A stretch of 64,000 nt of DNA, from the NCBI GenBank assembly GCA_964556215.1, contig CAZKVP010000003.1, positions 15,419-79,418 on the forward strand. The letters are read 5' to 3'. Below are positions 49,466-61,123 of the stretch, piece by piece (position 1 is the stretch's first letter; every line of letters begins with the position of its first letter). The notes beneath the pieces are model-generated. The model made no database searches, was not told where the DNA came from, and worked only from the letters and a program-made list of their open reading frames with translations. A program made the position numbers and the translations under genes. The DNA comes from an uncultured Phycisphaeraceae bacterium. Lineage in GTDB: Bacteria; Planctomycetota; Phycisphaerae; Phycisphaerales; Phycisphaeraceae.

Positions 49466-49999
49466 TTACCGCCCGCCGCCCCCACCTTGCGCCTTGCTGC
49501 CGAAATTGCCCTTGTTGCGCTTGTTGCCCTTGAAGGCTGCGCCCTTGAAGCGGGGAGCCGACGGGTTGTTGCCCTGGTTCCATTTTTGCGGACCGCGATT
49601 GACCAACGGCATCGGCGCCGGGCCGCGGCCGCCGCCTTCACCGCGCACCAAGGTTTCGGGTTTGGCATCAACCGCGGGGGCGGGCGCCGAAATCAGCGCA
49701 GCGGCCACCACCGGTGCAGCGACCGGGGCGGGCACTGGCGTTGGAATGGGAGCGACCACCACGGCGGCCTTCGCCTTGGGCGCAACTTGCGCCTCGGGGG
49801 CGGCCTTTTTTGCCGGCGCCTTGGCGATCACTTTGGCCACTGCCTTGGGCTTGACGGCCGCCTTGGGTGCGGGCTTGGCAACAGACTTGGCCGCCGGCTT
49901 CGTGGCAGGCTTGGCCACCACTTTGGCCTTCGGCTTGGCAACAACCTTCGCGGCGGGTTTGGCGGCAGGCTTAACGGGAGTTTTGGGGGCTTTGGCCAT
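49466..49999 (-). CDS. Lys/Ala/Pro-rich histone-H1-like protein with a Gly/Arg/Asn-rich tail
   Basis: N-terminal repeats AKPAAKVVAKPKAKVVAKPATKPAAK. The tail ends GSKAQGGGGGR. The opposite-strand ORFs are Arg/Gly-rich shadow ORFs. Confidence 0.6.
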   Translation of the reverse strand: MAKAPKTPVKPAAKPAAKVVAKPKAKVVAKPATKPAAKSVAKPAPKAAVKPKAVAKVIAKAPAKKAAPEAQVAPKAKAAVVVAPIPTPVPAPVAAPVVAAALISAPAPAVDAKPETLVRGEGGGRGPAPMPLVNRGPQKWNQGNNPSAPRFKGAAFKGNKRNKGNFGSKAQGGGGGR

Positions 50000-50111
50000 G
50001 GGATGGGTTCCAGAAGAGGAGGAATATGGAGATGCTAACGCAGGCGATGCAAAAAATGCGGAACTTGCGCCAAAAGTAGACGCGGACGCTGGCCGCGTCC
50101 ACGGGCAACAA

Positions 50112-50158
50112 CCTCAAAAACAACGCGCGCCGCAAAGGGGCGCGCGTTGTTTTTGAGG
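50112..50158. terminator. Terminator after acnA, 20-bp stem
   Basis: CCTCAAAAACAACGCGCGCC-GCAAAGG-GGCGCGCGTTGTTTTTGAGG. It is nested inside a 13-bp outer inverted repeat (50073..50085 and 50184..50196). Confidence 0.7.
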
Positions 50159-50194
50159 CTGTCTTTTCCCACGCGGCGGGCCGCCGCGTCTACT

Positions 50195-53008
<2,814 letters not shown>

Positions 53009-53131
53009 GGAAGAATCCTTGCGGGAATGGGGTATGTGGACAGGGACGGGGATTTTAGGCCATGCCACGGGAATGTGCGTTTGCTCCCCGTGCAAACTGG
53101 TCCATGCGAGCAAAAAAACAACTTTGGTCCC

Positions 53132-53159
53132 TTGCCCAATCAGCCAACTCCCCGATAAT
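53132..53159 (+). promoter_or_regulatory. Sigma70 promoter: TTGCCC, 16-nt spacer, GATAAT. The -10 box ends 7 nt before the ATG at 53167, implying a leaderless mRNA.
   Basis: TTGCCCaatcagccaactccccGATAATggcccccATG. Confidence 0.45.
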
Positions 53160-53166
53160 GGCCCCC

Positions 53167-55269
53167 ATGAACCCTCTCCTTGAAACCGCCGGCCTCCCCC
53201 GCTTTGACCGCATCACCCCTGACTTGGTCGTCTCTGGCGTGCGCGCCGCACTCAAAACGATGGAAGCGAACCTTATCGCGTTGGAATCCTCGCTGACCGA
53301 CCTCCACCCCGGCAATCCGCCGCACTGGGACAACACCTGCGCGCCCCTGGCCCGCATCGGCCGCCCCTTTGCCCGCTCGTGGAGCGCGGTGTGCCATCTG
53401 GTATCGGTGATGAATTCCGACGCCCTGCGCGCGGCCCACCAGGAGATCATGCCCGAGGTGGTCGCTTTTGGCCTGCGTTTTGCGCAAAGCAAGCCGGTTT
53501 ACGGCGCACTGAAAAAAATCGCCGCCGATCACGCTTATTGGGAATCCCTGCCGCGGGTCAAACAACGCATCATCGAGGACCGCCTGCGTGATGCCGAGCT
53601 GGCCGGCGTCGGGCTGGAAGGCCGGGAAAAAGAACGCTTCCTGTCCATCGCCAACGAACTTTCCAAACTGGAAACCAATTTCTCCAACCGCGTGCTGGAC
53701 GCCACCAAAGCGTGGGGCAAAACCTTCACCGATCCGAATGGCACTGAAGGCTGGCCGGAAGTGCTCAAACAGATGACGGCGCAATCCTTCAACGCCCACA
53801 AGGCGGCCGACGCGCCCGAAGCCACTGCCGAAAAAGGTCCGTGGCGCCTGACCTTGGATGGGCCGCCTTACGCGGCTTTCAGCCAGCACCACCGCCTGCG
53901 CGCCGACCGCCAGGAAGCCTATTTGGCCTTCGTCACCCGCGCCAGCGAAAACAGCCCGACGCCCGGCTTCGACAACGGGCCGGCCATGGCGCAAATTCTG
54001 CAATTGCGCCAAGAGAAGGCCGAACTGCTCGGCTTCGCCTGCTATGCCGACCTGTCGCTGTCCACCAAAATGGCGGAAAACCAGCTTCAGGTGCGGGCCA
54101 TGTATGACGAACTCGTCCCGGCCTGCAAGGAGCCGGCCAAACAGGAATTGGCGGAATTGCAGAAATTCGCCGAGCAAAAAGGCTTTGCCGGAACCCTTGC
54201 CCCGTGGGACATTCCCTTTTACGCCGAGCGCCTGCGCGAAGAAAAGTACCGGTACACCGCCGACCAAACGCGGCCCTATTTCCCCTTCGCCCGCGTGCTT
54301 GACGGCCTGTTCGCCTTGTGCGAAAAACTGCACGCTGTCACCTTTGAAAAAGCTGCGCACGGCACCTTCCCCACCTGGCATGCCGATGTGGATTACTACC
54401 GCATCCGCGATGAAGCAGGCAGCGAAATTGCCGGACTGTATCTCGACCCCTACGCCCGCCCCGGCCTTAAGCGTGGCGGCGCTTGGGTAAGCAGCTGCTT
54501 GGGCCGTTATGTGGACGGCGCCGAATCGCAGTTGCCGGTCTGCCATGTGGTGTGCAACGGCACCCCGCCAAGCGCCGCCACGCCTTCGCTGATGTCCTTT
54601 GACGAAATCACCACCCTGTTCCACGAGTTCGGCCACGCTCTGCAAAGCACCCTGACCACGGTGGACGAGGCCGACGCCGCCGGCCTGGGCGGCATCGAAT
54701 GGGACGCAGTGGAGATCGCCAGCCAATTCATGGAAAATTGGTGCTACCACCGGCCGGTCCTGCTTGGCATGTCATCGCACTTCAAGACCGGCGAAAAACT
54801 GCCTCAGGAATTGTTTGAAAAAATTTGCGCCGCCAAAACCTTCCGCGCCGGATCGGCCTTTGTCCGCCAATTGCACATGGGTCTCTGCGATCTGGAACTG
54901 CACAGCACCTACGATCCGGCCCGCGACGGTACCCCCAACGATGTGGCCCACCGTTTGGCCGCCGCCATGCTGCCGCTGGCGCCGGTGCCGCAGGACCGCT
55001 ACTTCAACGCCTTCACCCACATTTTCTCCGGCGGCTATTGCGCCGGCTATTACTCCTACAAATGGTCCGAAGTTTTGAGTGCAGACGCCTTCGCCGCCTT
55101 TGAAGAAGTGGGCTTGGACAACGACGCCGCCGTGAGGCAACTGGGTCGCCGCTACCGCGACACCCTGCTGGCGATGGGCGGCGGCGAGCACCCGGGCAAG
55201 GTGTACCAGTTGTTCAGGGGCAAACCGGCCTCCACGGCGGCGCTGCTCAGGCACAACGGATTGAGGTAA
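53167..55269 (+). CDS. prlC: M3-family oligopeptidase A
   Basis: Zinc motif FHEFGHALQ. The N-terminus [16 protein letters not shown] resembles the OpdA start. Confidence 0.85.
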   Translation: MNPLLETAGLPRFDRITPDLVVSGVRAALKTMEANLIALESSLTDLHPGNPPHWDNTCAPLARIGRPFARSWSAVCHLVSVMNSDALRAAHQEIMPEVVAFGLRFAQSKPVYGALKKIAADHAYWESLPRVKQRIIEDRLRDAELAGVGLEGREKERFLSIANELSKLETNFSNRVLDATKAWGKTFTDPNGTEGWPEVLKQMTAQSFNAHKAADAPEATAEKGPWRLTLDGPPYAAFSQHHRLRADRQEAYLAFVTRASENSPTPGFDNGPAMAQILQLRQEKAELLGFACYADLSLSTKMAENQLQVRAMYDELVPACKEPAKQELAELQKFAEQKGFAGTLAPWDIPFYAERLREEKYRYTADQTRPYFPFARVLDGLFALCEKLHAVTFEKAAHGTFPTWHADVDYYRIRDEAGSEIAGLYLDPYARPGLKRGGAWVSSCLGRYVDGAESQLPVCHVVCNGTPPSAATPSLMSFDEITTLFHEFGHALQSTLTTVDEADAAGLGGIEWDAVEIASQFMENWCYHRPVLLGMSSHFKTGEKLPQELFEKICAAKTFRAGSAFVRQLHMGLCDLELHSTYDPARDGTPNDVAHRLAAAMLPLAPVPQDRYFNAFTHIFSGGYCAGYYSYKWSEVLSADAFAAFEEVGLDNDAAVRQLGRRYRDTLLAMGGGEHPGKVYQLFRGKPASTAALLRHNGLR

Positions 55270-55271
55270 GC

Positions 55272-56429
55272 ATGCCCCGCCCCGCCGACCGCATCCGTGT
55301 GCTGGCTTCTGCCCAAGGTTTTGCCTTGTTTGGCGTGGCCGAAGTTGCGCCTTCGATGCGCACGGCGGAAATGGCACAATGGATCATCGAGGGCAAGCAT
55401 GGCGAAATGGGTTATTTGGCTGAACATCTCGCCTTGCGCCAGGACCCGCGCGCATTGTTGGAGGGGGCCAAAAGCGTGCTGGTGGTGGCGGATGCGTATG
55501 CCAACGAGCCCCGAGCGCAACCGAGCCGACTTGTCGGCATCAAAGAGGAAATTCCTTTGCGAGTTCCGCAAAGCGAACCTCGGGGGAATGCACAGCCCAA
55601 TGACGCGCATCCCCCGAGCTTGCGCTCAGGGCTCGTTCAAGGCCGCTTCGCCCGCTACGCTTTTGGCAAGGACTATCACGACACCCTGAAAAAACGCCTG
55701 CACGCAATGGCCAACCAGTTGCGCCTGGAATTCCCCGCAGCGCAATTTCGGGTGACGGTGGACACCGCGCCGATTCACGAACGCGAGGTGGCCCTGCGGG
55801 CGGGTCTGGGCTGGATCGGCAAAAACACCCTGCTGCTACACCCGCGCCATGGCTCCTATTTTTTGCTGGGCACTTTGATCACCACGCTGGACTTGGAACC
55901 TTCGCAAAAAATCGAACCCGACCACTGCGCCAACTGCCGCAAGTGCATCGAGGCCTGCCCCACCCAGGCCATCGCGCCGGAGGGCTATTCCCTGGACGCG
56001 CGCCGCTGCATTTCCTACCTCACGCTGGAACACCGCAGCCCGATCGCCCCGGCCCTGTTCGCCGGCATGGGTGATTGGCTGGGCGGCTGCGACATCTGCC
56101 AGGAAGTCTGCCCCTACAACAAAGTCGCCGAAAAAACGCCGCTACCGGTCGGCTTGGGGCACAAACCACGCGCGCAAGTCAAGGATGGCGCCGCCCTGTT
56201 GGATGTGCTGAACTGGACCGAAGACGACCGCCGCCGGGTGTTTCAGACCTCGGCCCTCAAGCGCATGAAATTGGAAATGGTGCAACGCAATGCCCTGATT
56301 GCGGCGGGCAACGCGCTCAAAAAACGCGACTTGCCGCAATTGCGCCTCCGGGTTGCGCAACTGGCGGCGGACGGGGCGGCGCATCCCTTGGTGCGGGAAA
56401 CGGCCAGGGCGGTGATGGCCGCGCCATAG
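55272..56429 (+). CDS. queG: Epoxyqueuosine reductase, carrying a 45-codon in-frame repeat insertion
   Basis: Motifs RYAFGKDYH, GLGWIGKNTLL, CANCRKCIEACPTQAI and CDICQEVCPYN. Confidence 0.85.
   Translation: MPRPADRIRVLASAQGFALFGVAEVAPSMRTAEMAQWIIEGKHGEMGYLAEHLALRQDPRALLEGAKSVLVVADAYANEPRAQPSRLVGIKEEIPLRVPQSEPRGNAQPNDAHPPSLRSGLVQGRFARYAFGKDYHDTLKKRLHAMANQLRLEFPAAQFRVTVDTAPIHEREVALRAGLGWIGKNTLLLHPRHGSYFLLGTLITTLDLEPSQKIEPDHCANCRKCIEACPTQAIAPEGYSLDARRCISYLTLEHRSPIAPALFAGMGDWLGGCDICQEVCPYNKVAEKTPLPVGLGHKPRAQVKDGAALLDVLNWTEDDRRRVFQTSALKRMKLEMVQRNALIAAGNALKKRDLPQLRLRVAQLAADGAAHPLVRETARAVMAAP
55503..55637. repeat. 135-bp palindromic element, long copy, in frame within queG
   Basis: It has the same ends as 10843..10920 plus a 57-bp internal block. 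It spans exactly codons 78-122. Confidence 0.65.
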
Positions 56430-56437
56430 GGTGCCCC

Positions 56438-56443
56438 TACAAT
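56438..56443 (+). promoter_or_regulatory. -10 box TACAAT, 10 nt upstream of the hflX ATG; leaderless or near-leaderless
   Basis: CCCCTACAATCCCGTCCCCCATG. Confidence 0.35.
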
Positions 56444-56453
56444 CCCGTCCCCC

Positions 56454-57899
56454 ATGGAACTCAACCACCGCGAAAAAAACGTCTCCGTCGCCCGCGAAAA
56501 AGCCATTCTGGTCGGCTGCCTGCTGCCCGACGACGGGCTGGATCCGCACGACCCGCTTGGCGAGCTGGCCTCGCTGGCTGAAACCGCCGGTGCGCAGGTC
56601 GTGGACCGCCTGACCCAACGGCGCATCAAACCCCGCGCCAAAACCTTCATCGGCGAGGGCAAGGTCGAGGAGTTGGCCGAAATGGTGAAATTCCACGGCG
56701 CGCAGGTGGTGCTGTTTGAAAACAACCTGTCCCCCTCGCAATTGTCCAACATCGAGAAGGTGGTCGGGTGCAAGATCCTCGACCGCACGGAACTGATCCT
56801 GGACATCTTCGCCTTCCGCGCCAAAACGCCGGAGGCCAAGTTGCAGGTCGAACTCTCGCAGCTGGTCTACACCTATCCGCGCCTCAAGAGCATGTGGACC
56901 CACCTGGAGCGCCACGCCGGCGGTGTGGGCACCCGCGGCCCGGGCGAACAGCAGTTGGAAACCGACCGCCGCCTGGTGCAGGTCAAGCGCCTGCGCCTGG
57001 AGCGCGAACTGGCCGAAATCGAGGAGCGCAAGAAACGCGAGGTGGAAAACCGCAACAACGAGCATTTCACCGTGGGCATCGTCGGCTACACCAACGCCGG
57101 CAAGAGCACGCTGTTCAACACCCTGACATGCGCCGGCACCTACGCCGATGACAAGTTGTTCGCCACCCTTTCCACCCTGACGCGCAAGTGGAAAATTGCG
57201 GGTGGCGAGTGGGTCGCCCTGTCCGACACCGTCGGCTTCGTGCGCAATCTGCCGCACCGGCTGGTGGCCTCGTTCAAGGCCACGCTGGAAGAGGCCGTGC
57301 ACGCCGACCTGCTCCTGGTCGTGCTGGATGTGGCCGACCGCGATTCCAAAAAGCGCCTCGACACCGTGCTGGAAGTCCTGGAAGACATCGGCGCGGGCAA
57401 GGTTCCGCGCATTTTGGCGCTCAACAAGATCGACGCCGTCGAAAACAACGCCGAACTCCTGATGCTGACGAACCAGTTCAAAGACGCCATCCCGATCTCG
57501 GCCAAGACCGGCCGCGGACTCGACCTGCTGACGGAGGCCGTGGCGCGGCATGCGCGCGGCGCGGACCGGGAACTGGTGCTGGAAATCCCGCTGAATGACG
57601 GCAAAACGCTGCAATACCTCGAAGGCCGCGTGCCCATCCTCGCCCGCGACTACGACGCCGCCGGCCTCGTCAAACTCACCGTGAAGATCGGCGCGCGCCA
57701 ATTGGCGCAGCTCCAGGTGATGGGATCGAAGGCGGTTTGGGAAGGCAAGAAGAACAAGGCGAAACAGGGCTGGGGCGAAGGGGCGGAAAGCAAACCCGGA
57801 ACCCAAGAACCGGAGTCGGAAGCCGGGGACGCCTTGCGCCGCGTGAAAGTCCGGACCCAGCCCAGGGTGAAGGCGGCAAACCGGGAAAACAGGAAGTAG
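56454..57899 (+). CDS. hflX: GTPase HflX, with a basic C-terminal extension
   Basis: Motifs GPGEQQLETDRR, GYTNAGKSTLFN, DTVGF and NKID. Confidence 0.9.
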   Translation: MELNHREKNVSVAREKAILVGCLLPDDGLDPHDPLGELASLAETAGAQVVDRLTQRRIKPRAKTFIGEGKVEELAEMVKFHGAQVVLFENNLSPSQLSNIEKVVGCKILDRTELILDIFAFRAKTPEAKLQVELSQLVYTYPRLKSMWTHLERHAGGVGTRGPGEQQLETDRRLVQVKRLRLERELAEIEERKKREVENRNNEHFTVGIVGYTNAGKSTLFNTLTCAGTYADDKLFATLSTLTRKWKIAGGEWVALSDTVGFVRNLPHRLVASFKATLEEAVHADLLLVVLDVADRDSKKRLDTVLEVLEDIGAGKVPRILALNKIDAVENNAELLMLTNQFKDAIPISAKTGRGLDLLTEAVARHARGADRELVLEIPLNDGKTLQYLEGRVPILARDYDAAGLVKLTVKIGARQLAQLQVMGSKAVWEGKKNKAKQGWGEGAESKPGTQEPESEAGDALRRVKVRTQPRVKAANRENRK

Positions 57900-57906
57900 A
57901 CACGTC

Positions 57907-58020
57907 TTTTTGGAGAACCTATGAAAGCCGGGCCCCCCAGTGGGCGGCACAAAGCAGGAGCGTATCCTGCGAAGGGACTTGCCCGCGAGGGGGGCCCGGC
58001 TTTCATAGGTTCTCCAAAAA
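57907..58020. repeat. 114-nt palindrome: 32-bp perfect arms and a structured 50-nt loop. Probably a bidirectional terminator.
   Basis: TTTTTGGAGAACCTATGAAAGCCGGGCCCCCC ... GGGGGGCCCGGCTTTCATAGGTTCTCCAAAAA. Confidence 0.7.
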
Positions 58021-58021
58021 A

Positions 58022-60481
58022 TCACTTCGCCAGTGGCGCGTAGCCGGCGATCTCCAGGTCGATCGCGGCGGCCGCATCCTTGGCGTCTTTCAAATGCTTG
58101 CGGGCGGGCGCGGCGGCCTCGACGGCGGCGTTGTAGGCGGCGGTCTTTTCGGCATACAAAGTCTCGTTGCGCGGCGGCGGCGCATTGTTGACCGACAAAC
58201 GCCCGGCATCGGCGGCCGCCACGGCATCCTCGAACGGCTTGCCCTTGGCGGTCATGTCCGCCACCTTGGCGTCCGCCTCCACCTTGTTCTGTTTGAGGTA
58301 CAACGGCACCCCCATGAAGCGCAACTGAATGGCCGCGGACCTGGGCAGAGCGCCCATCTGGTAGCACAGGGCGGCGATGCCCAACAGGACCGCGGCCGCG
58401 AAACCAAGACTGAACGCGTACCACCACAGGCTCTTCTTCTGCTTGTAGGGGTCCGAGAACGAACGCTGCGCCCCGTCGGGGAATTCCGCCAACCTGGTGA
58501 GAGATCCCCCCAGCGGGATGTTCACCTTGACACGGCCGTTGATGGCCCAGCCATTGGCGTCGAGAATGGGGCCCAAATTGCGCTGGCGCAATTTGAGGGC
58601 GGCCACCAGCATCGAGGGGCCGGAGATGAGCAGGATGATGCCGGCCAGCCCCAAGGGAATCCAGAAACCCAAACCCAGGAAATATCCCATGAAAGTCATG
58701 ATGGCGGCGGACAAGGTAGCTGCCACCGTTCCGATCAAGGCGATGGTCGCCAAGTCGATTTTCCTGGGCGGCACCGGCGCGGGCGCGCCCGCCGCCGCGG
58801 TGGCGGAGGCCGTGGCGGCCATCTTGGCGTCGGATTCGGCCTCGGCCGCAGCTGCGCGCTTGGCGACCATCTCATCCACCATCCGGACGGCCTTTTTATA
58901 GGGCGAGAAGAACGCCTGCCGGATGCTGATCGGATTCTCCACGATCTTGGTGATGGTGGCGTCCCAGTCGCGGCCCTTGCGGTCATAAAACACGCCGTTG
59001 CGGCCCACCATCAGGTAGTCGCTGTCACCGCCGCTGAATACGGCGGCGATGTCCATCTTCTCCCCGTTGGGGCGGGTGCAGGCGCAATAGGCGAGGTAGC
59101 ACTTGGACAGGCCGGCCAAGGCGCCATGCTTGGCCGCGTCCTCCACCCGCACGCACAGGTCGCATGAACGGCTGTCGAGATACAGGGTGCCGGCCTGGAA
59201 CACCGCCCGGCAATCCTGCGCGTAGAAATCGGTGAAAGAGACGAAATTGTGCAGCAGACGGAACAGATCGCGATGCAGGCGCGCGAGCTTCTCCAAGTTG
59301 GCGATGCCGGAGAATTCCGCGGCACAGCCTTTGTCCTGCGCGACGAGGTCGGCAAGCTTGGCCTTGGCGCCGGAGGCGAGGATGGCGCGCATGCGGGCCA
59401 GGCCCAGCGGCTCGACCTTGGTGGCGGGCTTGGCCGCGGCCCAGGCCACGTGGGCGGCGAGGACCGCCTGCACTTGCGCCCATTCCGCTTCGGCCAGGCT
59501 GTCCTTGGCGCCAAGGATCGGCGTGATGGCGGCCGACGCCAGGGCGCCCACGGCGGCGGTCCAGGCGGGGTTCACGCCGTCCGCCAAGGGCAGCGCGCGG
59601 CCGGCCTCGATGCGGGCCAGCGGGAAGCCGGCAACCTCATCGGCGGTGATCGCCATGTCCTTGGCGGCGATGGCCAGGTATTCGTCCTGGCTGCGATTGA
59701 CGGCGGCCAAGGCGCGGGCATCGAAGGCGGCCAGGCGGCAACGGGCGAAGAAATCGTCCACCTTCGCCTTGATGGCCACCACCGCCAATGCGGCGGCTTC
59801 GGTGCCTTCACCCAAGGGGCGCAATTGCGCCGGCTTGTCGTCCAGTTGCTTGTGCCAGGCGTCGAAGGCGGCCAATTCGGTGAAGAAGGCATCCATGTCG
59901 GCCTGCGCCACGCCCATCGCCCCGCCGCAGTCGGCCGTGCCGCCGACGGTGGCCAGAATGTCGGCCACCACCTGCTTGGTGGCGTCATCTTCGGCGGCCT
60001 CGACACCCAACACGCCGTCACCGTTAAAGCGGGCCTTGGCCAAAATGGACTGGGTGTCGGCCACATCGCCGAGGGTGAAAGCGGCGGCATCGCCTTTGCC
60101 CAGACTCCTGAGCACCGCCCTGGCGCAGGCCAGCGCGGCCTTGCCTTCGTCCGTGGCGTCGCTCAGGTTGGCCAGTTCCACCGTATCCACACCGGCGGTC
60201 AGCGCGTCCAGCGACTTGAGGTGGTCGTGGCAAAACTTGATCGCCGCCAGCACTTCCGGCACGCGGATGCGGCCATCCTTGTCGGTGTCGATCAAACCCA
60301 ATGTTTTTTCATCGAATTCCAAGCCCTTGACCGGACAGGCCAATGCCACCCACAATTTTTGGTCAAGTTGCGCCAAATTGGCGATGTCGGCCCCGGTTTC
60401 CAAACGGACTTGGTCAAGGCCGCCGGCGCGGAAAAAGCGCCAAGTGTGGGACGAACGCGACGGCAGGAGATGGTTGAGCAT
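58022..60481 (-). CDS. Large (819 aa) conserved-looking membrane protein with a canonical EF-hand loop; function unknown
   Basis: Start is at the internal ATG (MLNHLLPS). EF-hand loop DTDKDGRIRVPE. C-terminal TM helices. The upstream 291 codons of the listed ORF overlap the GNAT gene. Confidence 0.65.
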   Translation of the reverse strand: MLNHLLPSRSSHTWRFFRAGGLDQVRLETGADIANLAQLDQKLWVALACPVKGLEFDEKTLGLIDTDKDGRIRVPEVLAAIKFCHDHLKSLDALTAGVDTVELANLSDATDEGKAALACARAVLRSLGKGDAAAFTLGDVADTQSILAKARFNGDGVLGVEAAEDDATKQVVADILATVGGTADCGGAMGVAQADMDAFFTELAAFDAWHKQLDDKPAQLRPLGEGTEAAALAVVAIKAKVDDFFARCRLAAFDARALAAVNRSQDEYLAIAAKDMAITADEVAGFPLARIEAGRALPLADGVNPAWTAAVGALASAAITPILGAKDSLAEAEWAQVQAVLAAHVAWAAAKPATKVEPLGLARMRAILASGAKAKLADLVAQDKGCAAEFSGIANLEKLARLHRDLFRLLHNFVSFTDFYAQDCRAVFQAGTLYLDSRSCDLCVRVEDAAKHGALAGLSKCYLAYCACTRPNGEKMDIAAVFSGGDSDYLMVGRNGVFYDRKGRDWDATITKIVENPISIRQAFFSPYKKAVRMVDEMVAKRAAAAEAESDAKMAATASATAAAGAPAPVPPRKIDLATIALIGTVAATLSAAIMTFMGYFLGLGFWIPLGLAGIILLISGPSMLVAALKLRQRNLGPILDANGWAINGRVKVNIPLGGSLTRLAEFPDGAQRSFSDPYKQKKSLWWYAFSLGFAAAVLLGIAALCYQMGALPRSAAIQLRFMGVPLYLKQNKVEADAKVADMTAKGKPFEDAVAAADAGRLSVNNAPPPRNETLYAEKTAAYNAAVEAAAPARKHLKDAKDAAAAIDLEIAGYAPLAK

Positions 60482-60550
60482 AGGGCGGGATTGTAAGGAC
60501 GCCGCCATGACACACCTGAACCGGCAACGCCCCTGCCGTATCATCCCGCC

Positions 60551-61123
60551 ATGCCCACCCCCCCCTTCAAAATCCGCCATGCCAGCGTTGCCGATGTCAA
60601 GGCCGTGGCCCGCATCATCAATGCATCGGCGGAACTGGGATTGATGCTGCCCAAAAGCCATTCGCTGCTCTATGAGGACATCCGCGAGCTGCATGTGGCC
60701 ATTGACCAAACGGGTGAAGTGGTCGGGGTCTGCGGCCTTTCCATCGTGTGGGCCAACCTGGCCGAAGTCATTTCGCTGGCGGTGGTGCCCGAGGCGCGCG
60801 GCAAGGGCCTTGGCGCACGCCTGGTGCGCGCCTGCATGCGCGAGGCCAGGCGGCTTGGCATCCGCAAGGTCATGACCCTGACCTATCAACAGAAGTTCTT
60901 TGAAAAATGTGGGTTCCGGGTGGTCGACCGGGCTGATTTGCCGATGAAAGTCTGGAGCGTGTGCGTCAATTGCCCCAAAAACCAGGCCTGCGATGAAATC
61001 GCCATGATCCACGAATTCACGGAAGTGGCCGATGCCGGCGGGCCGCCGGAGTTCAACCACCCGGCCTTGCGCTATGAGGTGCCGGTACAGATCACCGCCG
61101 TGGGCAAACCGGTGATCCGCTGA
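60551..61123 (+). CDS. GNAT-family N-acetyltransferase (short N-acetylglutamate-synthase-like)
   Basis: Motifs LAVVPEARGKGLGARLV and YQQKFFEKCGFRVV. Confidence 0.8.
   Translation: MPTPPFKIRHASVADVKAVARIINASAELGLMLPKSHSLLYEDIRELHVAIDQTGEVVGVCGLSIVWANLAEVISLAVVPEARGKGLGARLVRACMREARRLGIRKVMTLTYQQKFFEKCGFRVVDRADLPMKVWSVCVNCPKNQACDEIAMIHEFTEVADAGGPPEFNHPALRYEVPVQITAVGKPVIR

Noticed and set aside
57921-58043. 40-codon ORF with a GGAGA-type ribosome-binding site inside the palindrome, plus its mirror ORF on the minus strand
   Set aside because: Both arise automatically from the palindromic symmetry. There is no independent evidence of coding.
56142-58427. 761-aa ORF on the minus strand
   Set aside because: It is antisense to hflX and runs through the 114-nt palindrome. 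No motifs recognised.
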